From positions 247,261 to 311,260 of the forward strand of contig CAYMOY010000002.1 in the NCBI GenBank assembly GCA_964392435.1: a stretch of 64,000 nucleotides of DNA, given 5' to 3'. Both the position numbers and the translations under genes were made by a program. The first letter of the stretch is position 1, and the number at the start of each line of letters is the position of its first letter. Below the pieces are notes generated by a model. It was not told where the DNA came from and searched no databases. It saw only the letters and a program-made list of their open reading frames with translations. Shown here piece after piece: positions 7,114 to 16,201 of the stretch. This DNA is from Candidatus Micrarchaeota archaeon (GTDB lineage: Archaea > Micrarchaeota > Micrarchaeia > Anstonellales > Anstonellaceae).

Positions 7114-9205
7114 TGGCGCAATAAGTTGGGGTGGTGTTTTGGTCGCAGCAAACTTGCCGGTAGATGTGATGTTCGTTCCGGTGCTCCTTGCGCTGATTGG
7201 TATAGCATATGGCGCCTATGTCGCGCGTTCAATTTTCAGGAGAAGCGAGGGCACGGAGAAGATGAGGGAAATCTCCCTCGCCATCCGCGAAGGCGCAGAC
7301 GCTTACCTCTCCCGGCAATTCAGGACAATCGCAATCTTCGGAGTCATACTGTTGATAGCAGTCTACCTGATTCTAGGGGTTCCGGTTGCTGCGGCGTTTC
7401 TCGTGGGCGCGGCTGCGTCGGGGCTGGTCGGCTACATTGGAATGTATCTGGCGGTCCGGGCAAACGCACGCGCAGCGCAGGCGTCTCTCACCTCCATGCA
7501 GGAGGCGCTGGCGGTCCCATTCCAAACAGGTGTTGTGAATGGCGCCCTGGTCTCAGGAATAGGATTGATTGGCGTTTCTGTGGTCTTCATAGGCGCGTAT
7601 CTGGCATTTGGGCAAAACAGCGCCGCCCTGGGCGAGGCAGGCAAAGCCCTCATCGGCTTTGGTTTTGGGGCAAACTTGCTTGCGCTTTTCATGCGGGTTG
7701 GGGGCGGCATTTATACCAAGGCTGCTGATGTCGGGGCGGATCTGGTGGGCAAGGTCGAGAAAGGCATACCTGAGGACGACCCGCGCAATCCGGCAACGAT
7801 TGCGGACAATGTTGGGGATAATGTCGGCGACTGCGCAGGCATGGGCGCTGACGTGTTCGAGTCTTACACAGTAACCATCATAGCCACCATGGTGTTAGGG
7901 TCGGTTGCGCTGGGGTTTGCAGGCGCGGTCTTCCCGCTTCTTGTGGCTGGCGGGGCAATGCTTTTGGGGCTAGCGAGCAGCTTGGCAGTGAAGGTGAAAA
8001 ATGAGGGGGAATACCCATTTGAGCCGATGAAGCGGGGGTTCCTCATTTCCCTGGTGGCGCAGGCAATTTTTTTCCTGGCGATATCGGTTTATGTCCTCAA
8101 CGACATCCGAGCATTTTTCGCGCTCACCCTCGGGCTGGTGGCCACGCAGGTGATAATGAATTTTACCGAGTATTACACCTCCACCAAGGCGAAGCCGGTG
8201 CGTGAAATCGCAGCCGCAGCCAAGTCCGGCGCAGGCACCAACCTTATAGCCGGGCTCGGTGTGGGCATGGAATCCGCGGTGGTTGGGATACTTGCGGTCG
8301 GGGCGGCAATAATGGTGGGCTATTATGGGGTGGGGCTCGGCTACTTCGGAATTGCGCTGGTCGGGCTCGGGATGCTCTCCACAACCGCGATGATAATGGC
8401 CATGGACACGTTCGGCCCCATTTCAGACAATGCAAACGGCATTGGCGAGATGTCCAATCTCGCCGCATCTGGCAGGAAAAGGATGGACAAGCTGGATGCT
8501 GTGGGCAACACCACCAAGGCGGTTACCAAGGGGTTTGCCATCAGCTCGGCGGCAATAGCCGCAGTGGCGCTTTTCTCAACATTTTTCGAGACCAGCGGGC
8601 TTTCAGCAATCAACGTCGCAGTGCCGGCGGTGTTTGTCGGTGTCCTGCTGGGTGGCGCGGTGCCATTCATCTTTTCCTCAATGACGATGAAAGCAGTGGG
8701 CGCCGCAGCCAATCTGGTGGTTGAAGAGGTGCGCAGGCAGTTTCGCGACCCGAGGATAATGAAAGGCACCATGAAGCCTGATTATGCCGCGTGCGTGGAC
8801 ATCTCCACCAAGGCAGCGATAAACTCCCTTTACCTGCCTGCCGCAATAGTGGTGCTCGCCCCCATAGTGGTGGGGTATGCCCCCTCTCTTGTTGGCGCGC
8901 CCGCCTCGCTTGGTCTGGAGGCGTTGGGAGGGTTTCTCGCTGGGGCCATACTGGTCAGCCAGCTGATGGCAATTTTCATGTCGAACGCAGGAGGCGCCTG
9001 GGACAATGCCAAAAAATACATTGAGGAGGGCAACTTTGGCGGAAAGGGCTCTGACGCGCACAAGGCGGCAATTGTCGGCGACACGGTGGGGGACCCTTTC
9101 AAGGACACATCAGGCCCTGCTCTCAACCCAATGATAAAAATCCTCAACATCGTATCCTTGATGGTTGCGGCAGTGATTGCTGGGAAGCAGGTCGGGGCAA
9201 TCTGA
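7106..9205 (+). CDS. hppA: Membrane-bound proton/sodium-translocating pyrophosphatase
   Basis: GGIYTKAADVGADLVGKVEKGIPEDDPRNPATIADNVGDNVGDCAGMGADVFESY and DTVGDPFKDTSGPALN are canonical V-PPase motifs; 699 aa, polytopic. Confidence 0.95.
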   Translation: MSSGAISWGGVLVAANLPVDVMFVPVLLALIGIAYGAYVARSIFRRSEGTEKMREISLAIREGADAYLSRQFRTIAIFGVILLIAVYLILGVPVAAAFLVGAAASGLVGYIGMYLAVRANARAAQASLTSMQEALAVPFQTGVVNGALVSGIGLIGVSVVFIGAYLAFGQNSAALGEAGKALIGFGFGANLLALFMRVGGGIYTKAADVGADLVGKVEKGIPEDDPRNPATIADNVGDNVGDCAGMGADVFESYTVTIIATMVLGSVALGFAGAVFPLLVAGGAMLLGLASSLAVKVKNEGEYPFEPMKRGFLISLVAQAIFFLAISVYVLNDIRAFFALTLGLVATQVIMNFTEYYTSTKAKPVREIAAAAKSGAGTNLIAGLGVGMESAVVGILAVGAAIMVGYYGVGLGYFGIALVGLGMLSTTAMIMAMDTFGPISDNANGIGEMSNLAASGRKRMDKLDAVGNTTKAVTKGFAISSAAIAAVALFSTFFETSGLSAINVAVPAVFVGVLLGGAVPFIFSSMTMKAVGAAANLVVEEVRRQFRDPRIMKGTMKPDYAACVDISTKAAINSLYLPAAIVVLAPIVVGYAPSLVGAPASLGLEALGGFLAGAILVSQLMAIFMSNAGGAWDNAKKYIEEGNFGGKGSDAHKAAIVGDTVGDPFKDTSGPALNPMIKILNIVSLMVAAVIAGKQVGAI

Positions 9206-9232
9206 TTTTTTTATTTTCTTTTTGTTTTTCAT
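9206..9232 (+). terminator. Oligo-T tract (archaeal-type terminator) directly after the hppA stop
   Basis: tttttttattttctttttgtttttcatt immediately 3' of TGA 9203-9205. Confidence 0.4.
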
Positions 9233-9270
9233 TAGGGGTAGCCTGCCTGGGGTTCCTGAGAAGAAAGTCG

Positions 9271-9948
9271 CTACTCCCTCAATCTTTTCTGCACAGATGC
9301 GGACTCGAGTTCCCATCGCGCATTGCTGGCAATCCATTTCGCAGCCGGGCTGTCGACCTCCGCAATTCTGGCGCAGACCTCAATCGCCTCCCGGTTCAGC
9401 GTAAGGCTTCTCTTCCCAATCTGCCTAAGCGCCCAATTCACGGCTTTTTTCACATAGTTCCTCTCATCGCGGCATTCGCGCAAAATTATTGGGAAAAATT
9501 TCTCAAAAGCCCCCCGGCCTGACCTCTTATCGTGCACTGCCAGCGTTGCCATCAGAACAAAGCCGGCGCGCTTGACATATTCCTCCTTGCGGCTGCTCCA
9601 CTCAACTGCTTTCTTGCTGGCAAAAGGCGTCTTGTCAAACAAATTTCCGCACACCTGGTCGCAAACATCCCAGGAATCAAAATCACGCACCCACTCCTCC
9701 ATCTGCCGCTCTGTAACTCTGGCAGGGTCGTCTATGATGCCTGCCAATATCCTGGCCTCATGGACGCCGGTTTTCCACAAATCCAATGCTAAGAGGTGGT
9801 GCGGGCCGATGTGCCGGGCAAGCCTGCGAAGCTCAGGTATGGGGACTCCGCAGGCGTTTTCGGTGTTGATGCCGAATTTGGCCATGCTCTCCTTGTTGCG
9901 GTCGTTGCCCTTGTTCTTCAGGTGGGCGACCAGCTGCGTTGCCTTCAT
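9271..9948 (-). CDS. DNA alkylation repair protein (AlkD-like HEAT-repeat glycosylase family)
   Basis: Helical-repeat protein with WxxD/AlkD-like segments (EWSSRKEEYVKRAGFVLMATLAVHD...NWALRQIGKRS). Start chosen at ATG 9948, which is 26 nt from the TATA; the track ORF begins at TTG 9966. Confidence 0.6.
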   Translation of the reverse strand: MKATQLVAHLKNKGNDRNKESMAKFGINTENACGVPIPELRRLARHIGPHHLLALDLWKTGVHEARILAGIIDDPARVTERQMEEWVRDFDSWDVCDQVCGNLFDKTPFASKKAVEWSSRKEEYVKRAGFVLMATLAVHDKRSGRGAFEKFFPIILRECRDERNYVKKAVNWALRQIGKRSLTLNREAIEVCARIAEVDSPAAKWIASNARWELESASVQKRLRE

Positions 9949-9968
9949 AGTCACAACTTCCATCAAAA

Positions 9969-9980
9969 GCTATAAAAGCG
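9969..9980. promoter_or_regulatory. Shared TATA (gctataaaagcg) between divergent alkD-like gene and the 10001 CDS
   Basis: Centre about 9974. ATG 9948 (minus) and ATG 10001 (plus) are each about 26-27 nt away. Confidence 0.45.
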
Positions 9981-10000
9981 GGAGAGTGCACAAATGCAGC

Positions 10001-10393
10001 ATGGCGTCCAACATCTACAGGGTTGAGGAGCGGCAACAAAGCTTCGAGGCGCTTCTCCCGAAAACCGGGCTGACCAGCAGGCAGAATATAGAGGAGGCTT
10101 TGGCGCTGATATCTGCCGCATATAGCTCATTTTCAAAATCTGGCGTGAAAAGCAGCCAAATGGAATCCACGCTAAAGCAGATGGAAAAAACCCCGGTCCT
10201 CAAGGCGACCTTCGGGGTCTATGGGGCGGCCAAGCAGCTGGCCTATGCGGTCATGCTTGAATCGGAAGATGAAAAAAGGATATTCACGCTCCGTGTCGGC
10301 AGCCACTTCACCGAGCTTTCACTTGACAAAAACGGGAAGCTTGAGATAATGCGCGAGGAAAAGAACCAAATAATATATGAAAAAATAGCCTGA
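10001..10393 (+). CDS. Hypothetical protein (130 aa)
   Basis: In-frame ATG inside track ORF 9572..10393, whose 5' part overlaps the alkD-like gene. Leaderless relative to the TATA 9971-9977. Protein-like composition, no recognised motif. Confidence 0.45.
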   Translation: MASNIYRVEERQQSFEALLPKTGLTSRQNIEEALALISAAYSSFSKSGVKSSQMESTLKQMEKTPVLKATFGVYGAAKQLAYAVMLESEDEKRIFTLRVGSHFTELSLDKNGKLEIMREEKNQIIYEKIA

Positions 10394-10402
10394 GGCGTAT
10401 GC

Positions 10403-10549
10403 ATGGTTTCTGAAACTAAAATATTCGCGGCGGCCCCCTCCCTCATTCTCATACTGCAGGGGAGCTACGCCCAAATACCCAGGGAATTTGTGGCAGAGCC
10501 ATCGGTCAGGGCCAGCGAAGCCAAGCAGAAAGTGCATCTGGGGCATTAA
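10403..10549 (+). CDS. Small ORF (49 aa) with a signal-peptide-like N-terminus; its stop abuts the next start (TAAATG)
   Basis: MVSETKIFAAAPSLILILQGSYAQIP... An AT-rich box (10366-10388) lies about 26 nt upstream. TAA 10547-10549 is immediately followed by ATG 10550. Confidence 0.25.
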   Translation: MVSETKIFAAAPSLILILQGSYAQIPREFVAEPSVRASEAKQKVHLGH

Positions 10550-10858
10550 ATGGCGTCCAAATTTCCCAATCTCCGCGACATTGCCTGGGGCAAGATACGG
10601 GAGGTGAAAGTCACCAGCGATTCCGAAAACGACAGCTATGGCTTTGAGTTCGAGCTTTATGGGCGGAAGCAGAGAATGACCATTTCAATCAGCCCTGGGT
10701 CGACTTCATACATGATTTCGGCCGAAGACGGCAGCCCGCTCCTATATGGCGTGCAAAAGGGGCAGGAATTCCGGGTGATTGACTTTTCATCCAAGCCAAC
10801 ATTGGGCGGGCAGCGCATGCAGCTGCGCAAAATGGGCAAGATTGCGAAGGCGAAATAG
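10550..10858 (+). CDS. Hypothetical protein (102 aa)
   Basis: Complete ORF MASKFPNLRDIAWGKIREVKV...; no family recognised. Confidence 0.45.
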   Translation: MASKFPNLRDIAWGKIREVKVTSDSENDSYGFEFELYGRKQRMTISISPGSTSYMISAEDGSPLLYGVQKGQEFRVIDFSSKPTLGGQRMQLRKMGKIAKAK

Positions 10859-10879
10859 GGCGCTAACCACGGCTGGCGC

Positions 10880-11968
10880 CTAGCCCTGTTTTTTGATTAT
10901 CGAGAATATGTCCCCTTCCTGCAGCACATGGGCAAGGCCTACTTTCTGCCCTGGGAATTTTGCCGATTTGCCCCAAACAAGAGCGTATTTGAAATCCCTG
11001 GCCAAATCCCGGTGCAGCCGGTCGCAGGCGTCCCGTATTGTGGCGCCAGTGCGCATCATCATCGGCTCTTTCAGGTCGGCAACATCCATGCGCGGCTTGG
11101 TGTATACTCTCATCAGGCGCAGACCTGCAAAAATGGCTTCCTTGAGCCCTTCGATGTTTTGCCCCTTCTCGGCAGAAACAGGCACATACTTGAAATCCAG
11201 CGCCTTGAGGTAGTCCTGGCTCACCATGTCCACTTTGTTAAGCACCACCAAGGAGTGGGTGTATTTCCGGCTGCCAACAAGAACGTCTATGAGCCGGTCC
11301 ACGCTGGCGTCCTCCCGGAAAACCAACCCAGCGTTATGTATGCCGTATTCATTCAGCACGCCCACAATCATTTTTTCATTCAATTGGGTCAGCGGCACAG
11401 TGGAGTTTATCTCCACGCCGCCCCGCAGCTTCTTTGTAACGTAGATTTTTGGCGGCTCCTCATCCAAACGGATTCCGATGCCCGAGAGTTCCTCCAATAT
11501 TTTCTGCAATATCCCTGGCTGGAAAACATCTAGGGTTATCAGCACCAAATCCGCGTTGCGCGCAACCGCCAGCACCTCCTTGCCCCTTCCCTTGCCCTCA
11601 TGCGCGCCTATGATTATTCCAGGCAGGTCCAAAAGCTGTATTTTTGCGCCCTTGTATTCCATAACGCCAGGTATGCAGGTCAAGGTGGTGAATGCATATG
11701 AGGCAGTTTTGCTTTTCGCCCCGGTCAGGGCGTTGAGCAAGGTGGATTTCCCCACAGATGGCAAGCCAATGAACACAACGGTGGCGTCGCCGCTTTTTTT
11801 GACGTCAAAGCCGCCAGTCTTCACACCCGATTTTTTAGGGGCGACCTGTTCCCGGCGAAGCTTGGCTATCTTTGCCTTGAGCAGCCCGATATGGTACTCA
11901 GTAGCCTTGTTCTTCTGGGTGCGCGCCATCTCAGCTTCAAGCTCGCGCAGCTTCTCCTCAATGCCCAT
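10880..11968 (-). CDS. drg: Developmentally regulated GTP-binding protein (DRG, Obg family) with TGS domain
   Basis: N-terminal MGIEEKLRELEAEMARTQKNKATEYHIGLLKAKIAKLRRE; G1 GLPSVGKSTLLNALT; G4 LVVLNKVD; C-terminal TGS domain. Confidence 0.85.
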   Translation of the reverse strand: MGIEEKLRELEAEMARTQKNKATEYHIGLLKAKIAKLRREQVAPKKSGVKTGGFDVKKSGDATVVFIGLPSVGKSTLLNALTGAKSKTASYAFTTLTCIPGVMEYKGAKIQLLDLPGIIIGAHEGKGRGKEVLAVARNADLVLITLDVFQPGILQKILEELSGIGIRLDEEPPKIYVTKKLRGGVEINSTVPLTQLNEKMIVGVLNEYGIHNAGLVFREDASVDRLIDVLVGSRKYTHSLVVLNKVDMVSQDYLKALDFKYVPVSAEKGQNIEGLKEAIFAGLRLMRVYTKPRMDVADLKEPMMMRTGATIRDACDRLHRDLARDFKYALVWGKSAKFPGQKVGLAHVLQEGDIFSIIKKQG

Positions 11969-11988
11969 GTGCTTATCAGGGTGCGAAA

Positions 11989-12000
11989 CCCTTTAAATCC
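11989..12000. promoter_or_regulatory. Shared symmetric TATA (cctttaaatcc) between divergent drg and gatD
   Basis: Centre about 11995. ATG 11968 (minus) and ATG 12021 (plus) are both about 26 nt away. The start-to-start distance is 53 nt. Confidence 0.5.
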
Positions 12001-12020
12001 TCGATTGCGTACATGAGGGC

Positions 12021-13400
12021 ATGGCAAAAGCTAAAGAGGGCAAAAAAAGGGGCGCCAATCAAAAACTTGGAGGGCAGGCGGCAAACGGGCTATTTGGCAA
12101 AGCCGCCCCTGGAGACACGGTCAGGATTGCCCTCCAGGACGGTGAATACACAGGGGTGCTTCTCCCCCGCGCGCAAGAAGCAGGCCAGTTCACAACACTC
12201 AAGCTTTCTTCAGGCTACAACATCGGCATTTCGCTAAGCAGAGTCAAAGGCGTAGAGGTGCTGGAGCAGGGAGCTGCAAAGATTTTCGGTGCAACCGACA
12301 GGAAGCAGGCTGGGGGGAAGGATGCGCCTTGCGCTGGGAAAGTTTCGCTTCTGGCCTGCGGGGGCACAATAGTCAACAGGATAGATTATCGGACGGGCGC
12401 GGTTTATCCAGCGTCAACAACAGAGGAACTGGTTCTTGGGCTTCCAAAAGGCGCGGCAGAATCAATAAGGCCAAAAATGATGTTCCCTATCGCCTCTGAG
12501 GACATGTCCCCTGCCCACTGGGTGCGGCTTGCGGATGAGGCCGCAAAAGACATACGGGAAGGCGCGCAAGGGGTGGTGATAACCCACGGCACGGACATAA
12601 TGCATTACACCTCGGCTGCGCTCTCTTTCATGTTGCAGAACCTTTCCTGCCCAATCATCATCACCGGGAGCCAACGGAGCTCTGACCGTGGGTCTTCGGA
12701 TGCCGATTCAAACCTGCGCTGCGCACTTGCAGCGGCAAAAGCTGACCTTTCAGGGGTGTTCATCTGCATGCATGAAAACCTTTCCGATGATTTCTGCGCG
12801 CTTTTATCCGGTTCCAAGGCGCGCAAAATGCACACCACCCGCCGGGATGCGTTCCGGCCCATAAACGCGCAAATCGCCGCCCGCGTGAATTCTGAAAGCG
12901 GAAAGGTGGAAAAAGTCTCAGCCTCATGCCCATCCAGAAAGATGGGGGCGGGCGTTACGGTTGATACGCGCCTGAACACAAACGTTGCGATGCAATACAT
13001 CTATCCAGGGATAAAGCCAACCGCGATATCCGCCCTTTCCGATTATGATGGGGTGGTGCTGGTTGGGATGGGGCTTGGGCACCTTCCCGTAAACTTGGGG
13101 CAAGACCCACGTTCAATTCCAATCCTTCAAGAAGCGTCTGAACTGGTGGAATCAGGAACGCACGTTTTCTTAGCGTCCCAATGCATATACGGGCGGGTGG
13201 ACATGGACGTCTACACAAACGGCAGGGTCCTTCTTGAAAAAGGCATAATGGGCAATCAGTGCGACATGACCCCTGAGACGGCGTATGTGAAGCTCATGTG
13301 GGTTCTTGGGCAAGAAAAACGCAAGGAAAAAGTCAGGCAGATGATGGAAACGAACCTTGTCGGTGAAATATCTGGAAGAACAGAAATCACCCCCTATTAA
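12021..13400 (+). CDS. gatD: Glutamyl-tRNA(Gln) amidotransferase subunit D
   Basis: Asparaginase-like domain (ACGGTIVNRIDYRTGAVYP...ITHGTDIM...) with an N-terminal GatD extension; 459 aa, archaeal-specific. Confidence 0.85.
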   Translation: MAKAKEGKKRGANQKLGGQAANGLFGKAAPGDTVRIALQDGEYTGVLLPRAQEAGQFTTLKLSSGYNIGISLSRVKGVEVLEQGAAKIFGATDRKQAGGKDAPCAGKVSLLACGGTIVNRIDYRTGAVYPASTTEELVLGLPKGAAESIRPKMMFPIASEDMSPAHWVRLADEAAKDIREGAQGVVITHGTDIMHYTSAALSFMLQNLSCPIIITGSQRSSDRGSSDADSNLRCALAAAKADLSGVFICMHENLSDDFCALLSGSKARKMHTTRRDAFRPINAQIAARVNSESGKVEKVSASCPSRKMGAGVTVDTRLNTNVAMQYIYPGIKPTAISALSDYDGVVLVGMGLGHLPVNLGQDPRSIPILQEASELVESGTHVFLASQCIYGRVDMDVYTNGRVLLEKGIMGNQCDMTPETAYVKLMWVLGQEKRKEKVRQMMETNLVGEISGRTEITPY

Positions 13401-13410
13401 CGGCTTTAAT

Positions 13411-15315
13411 ATGAAATGCGGGATTGAGATACACCAGCGAATCGCAGGCAGGAAACTTTTCTGCAACTGCGTTCCCTCTGCGGATGCGGGGCAGCCCGGG
13501 CAAGACGGGTGCAGCCAGGTGGCGGGAAGCGGCGCCGCAGCCACCCCTGGGCAGGACGTTTTTTTCACACGCAGGCTGCACGCGGTGCTTTCCGAGCTTG
13601 GCGAGCTGGATTCCGCCGTGCGCCTCGAATCTGTTCGCCACCGTGCCATGCAATATTGCGCTCCGCGTTCCTCATCGTGCTTGGTGGAAGCTGATGAGGA
13701 GCCCCCCCACCGGATAAACCACGAAGCCCTCTGCGCAGTGCTTCTTTTCTGCCGTCTTATGGGCAGCAGCATAGTGGATGAAGTCCATGTGATGCGCAAA
13801 AATGTTATAGACGGCAGCAACACCTCGGGGTTCCAGCGGACTGCGGTCGTTGGCCTTGGCGGGGCGGTTGAAACCGCAGCCGGGCGGCTTGAAATACAAA
13901 CAGTTTGCATAGAGGAGGAAAGCGCAGGCATAGTCGAAGGGGGGAAAGAGGCATCGGCAGATTTCGAGCTGTCCCGCCTGGGGATACCTCTGGTGGAAAT
14001 AGCCACCGCGCCGGCCTTGAAAAGCGGGAGGGAGGCGCAGGAAGCAGCTCTGGCGATTGGGATGCTTCTGCGCAGGACCGGGCTGGTGCAGCGTGGGATA
14101 GGCACCATTCGGCAGGACCTGAACGTTTCCATCCCTGGGGGCGCGCGTGTCGAGATAAAAGGCGTTCAGGAGCTGCAAGCGATATCTGAAACTGTGGAGT
14201 TGGAAGTGCAGCGCCAGAAAAATCTTCTTGCCATTTCTTCTGATGTGCAAAAAAAGTTGTCTGGCGCACCGATAGAGGCAAAATTTGTGGACCTGACCGA
14301 AATATTCGCCACCACGAAATCGCAGCTGGTGGGCAAGATATTGCGCAATGGCGGGCGTTTGCTTGGCATGAGGCTTCCCGGGCATGAGGGTCTTTTGGGC
14401 AGGGAGGTTTCCCCTGGTAGGCGCTATGGCAGCGAGCTTGCCGATTACGCCCGCTCTGCTGGGGTGCGCGGGCTGGTGCACTCAGATGAGGACTTGGCAA
14501 AATACGGATTCTCAGAAGACGAGATTTCCGAAACAAGGGTGGCGCTCTCGATTTCCAGCGGGGATGCTTTTGTGCTGGCGGCGGGCGAGCAGAAAAAGGC
14601 GCAGGCAGCGCTTTGCGAGGTCTGCTGCCGTGCCTCGTTTTTTGGGGTGCCTGAGGAAACTCGCAAGGCCAATCCTGACGGCACCTCCAGTTATATGCGC
14701 CCGCTTCCCGGGAGGGCGCGCATGTATCCGGAAACCGACATCCCGCCAATCAAAATAACCCAGGAAATGCTCGACGAGGCAAAGCACGCAAAGCTTCGCA
14801 TGGAAAAAGAGGAAGAAGTCAAATCAACGGCGCTTTCCACGCTAAACGATGAGCTTTCCTCGCAGCTTGCCGGCGCAAAGGGGCTGCTTTCCCACAACCC
14901 AAATTTCAAGTCCGAGCTGCAAACGCCTGAGCTGGCATCATTTGCCGAAGCCATCCGTGCGGGTGTGGACTCAAAATTTGCGGCCTCCATACTGACCAAC
15001 ACTCTCCAATCGCTCAAGCGCGAAGGCGCTGACACAAAGGCGCTTGACGAGCCCAGGCTGGTTTCGTTTTTGCTTGCCAACAAAAACGGTCTTTTCTCAA
15101 AGTCTGCGTCAGCAGATGTGTTGCGAGAACTGTGCAGAAACAGGCAAGAAACCCCTCAGGGCGCGGTGAGGAGGCTCGGGCTGGAAAAAATATCGGGCGC
15201 ATCCCTTGAAAATCTCATAAAAAAAGAGAATCTGGATTTCAAGGGGCTGATGTCCAAATACCGTTTGCGAGTGGAGGCATCCGAGGCGCAAGAATTATTC
15301 GGGTCGAAAAAATAG
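13411..15315 (+). CDS. gatE: Glutamyl-tRNA(Gln) amidotransferase subunit E
   Basis: MKCGIEIHQRIAGRKLFCNC is the GatB/E-type signature. It follows gatD after 10 nt. The track ORF starts at 13357 and overlaps gatD. Confidence 0.85.
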   Translation: MKCGIEIHQRIAGRKLFCNCVPSADAGQPGQDGCSQVAGSGAAATPGQDVFFTRRLHAVLSELGELDSAVRLESVRHRAMQYCAPRSSSCLVEADEEPPHRINHEALCAVLLFCRLMGSSIVDEVHVMRKNVIDGSNTSGFQRTAVVGLGGAVETAAGRLEIQTVCIEEESAGIVEGGKEASADFELSRLGIPLVEIATAPALKSGREAQEAALAIGMLLRRTGLVQRGIGTIRQDLNVSIPGGARVEIKGVQELQAISETVELEVQRQKNLLAISSDVQKKLSGAPIEAKFVDLTEIFATTKSQLVGKILRNGGRLLGMRLPGHEGLLGREVSPGRRYGSELADYARSAGVRGLVHSDEDLAKYGFSEDEISETRVALSISSGDAFVLAAGEQKKAQAALCEVCCRASFFGVPEETRKANPDGTSSYMRPLPGRARMYPETDIPPIKITQEMLDEAKHAKLRMEKEEEVKSTALSTLNDELSSQLAGAKGLLSHNPNFKSELQTPELASFAEAIRAGVDSKFAASILTNTLQSLKREGADTKALDEPRLVSFLLANKNGLFSKSASADVLRELCRNRQETPQGAVRRLGLEKISGASLENLIKKENLDFKGLMSKYRLRVEASEAQELFGSKK

Positions 15316-15323
15316 GGGCTGCG

Positions 15324-16148
15324 CTATTTTTTTCCCAACGCTGGGCGCATGTAATCCTGGTTATCCTTATGCTTTTTTTCCCCATACCAAAGAATTTCCA
15401 ACTTATTCCGGCTCATCCCCAAATAATCAATGTCTTTCGAATGGACCTCCAGGGTAATGGTTCCGTCGTAAAAAGACTTGATTTCATTCACCGCGAGCGG
15501 GATGTCTATCTTTCCCGCGCCCAGGGGCAGGTGCTGGTCCTCCCGCCGGTTATTGTCGTGAAGATGCACGTGCCGCACCCTTTTCTTGAACTGCTGCAAA
15601 TAATTTTCCAACCCCTCCCCGCTTGCGGTTGAGGCGTGCCCGACATCCAGCGTCATTCCAACCCCTGTCTGTGAAAACAAGAGCTTGAAATCCTTTATTG
15701 AGAAAGAAGGATAGTTGAAATTCTCGACTAAAATCTCCAAGCCGATGTTTTCGGCTTTTTTTTGCAGTTTGCCAATCATATCGATAGTCTTTGATACCAT
15801 CACCTGCCGGTCTTGCACCCCCGGTGGCATCCACTCGGTGTGCACAGTCACTTTTTTCGCCCCAAATTCCGCGGACGCTTCAAAAACCCTGACGAATTCT
15901 TCCTCAATAGCCCGTTGTATCCGCTCATATGGGTGCGCAACTGAAAAGTACCAGGGGCAGTGCGCCAGCACGCCGAAGTTGTAGGAGCGCAGGGCGTCAA
16001 GTATCTCCTTGCGGCTCTCAGACAATTTTTCAGGTGATGCAAGCGGGGGTTCCACAGTGAGCTCGAAAAAGTCAAAGCCCATCTCCCCAAACAGCCCGAC
16101 CTGGCTGGCGACCGGTTTTTTCGGGTCGTTCATTGCTCCGATTATCAT
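15324..16148 (-). CDS. Sugar-phosphate isomerase/epimerase (xylose-isomerase-like TIM barrel) family protein
   Basis: TIM-barrel AP-endo2/XylI-like segments (LEVHSKD, HVHLHDN, LDVGH). Start chosen at ATG 16148, which has a GGGGTTGGTG Shine-Dalgarno sequence 8-14 nt upstream. The track ORF extends to TTG 16244 and overlaps nadX. Confidence 0.55.
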   Translation of the reverse strand: MIIGAMNDPKKPVASQVGLFGEMGFDFFELTVEPPLASPEKLSESRKEILDALRSYNFGVLAHCPWYFSVAHPYERIQRAIEEEFVRVFEASAEFGAKKVTVHTEWMPPGVQDRQVMVSKTIDMIGKLQKKAENIGLEILVENFNYPSFSIKDFKLLFSQTGVGMTLDVGHASTASGEGLENYLQQFKKRVRHVHLHDNNRREDQHLPLGAGKIDIPLAVNEIKSFYDGTITLEVHSKDIDYLGMSRNKLEILWYGEKKHKDNQDYMRPALGKK

Positions 16149-16201
16149 AACACCAACCCCTTTTTTCCCAACCATCGCTCTTGCGCCAGCATCAGGCGCA
16201 A

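Noticed and set aside
9572-10000. N-terminal 143 codons of track ORF 9572..10393
   Set aside because: They overlap the alkD-like gene on the opposite strand. The shared TATA at 9971-9977 places a leaderless start at ATG 10001, so only 10001..10393 was kept.
13170-14749. Three long minus-strand ORFs (320, 269 and 314 aa) inside gatE, and similar long antisense ORFs opposite hppA (7126-8772), the FlaI-like ATPase (20124-21221), the giant surface protein (35779-38358), sufD/sufB (56837-58671) and the antiporter (62770-63978)
   Set aside because: They are antisense to genes with clear family signatures. Their translations are Arg/Pro/Ala-rich with no motifs. Long stop-free antisense frames are expected at about 60% G+C.
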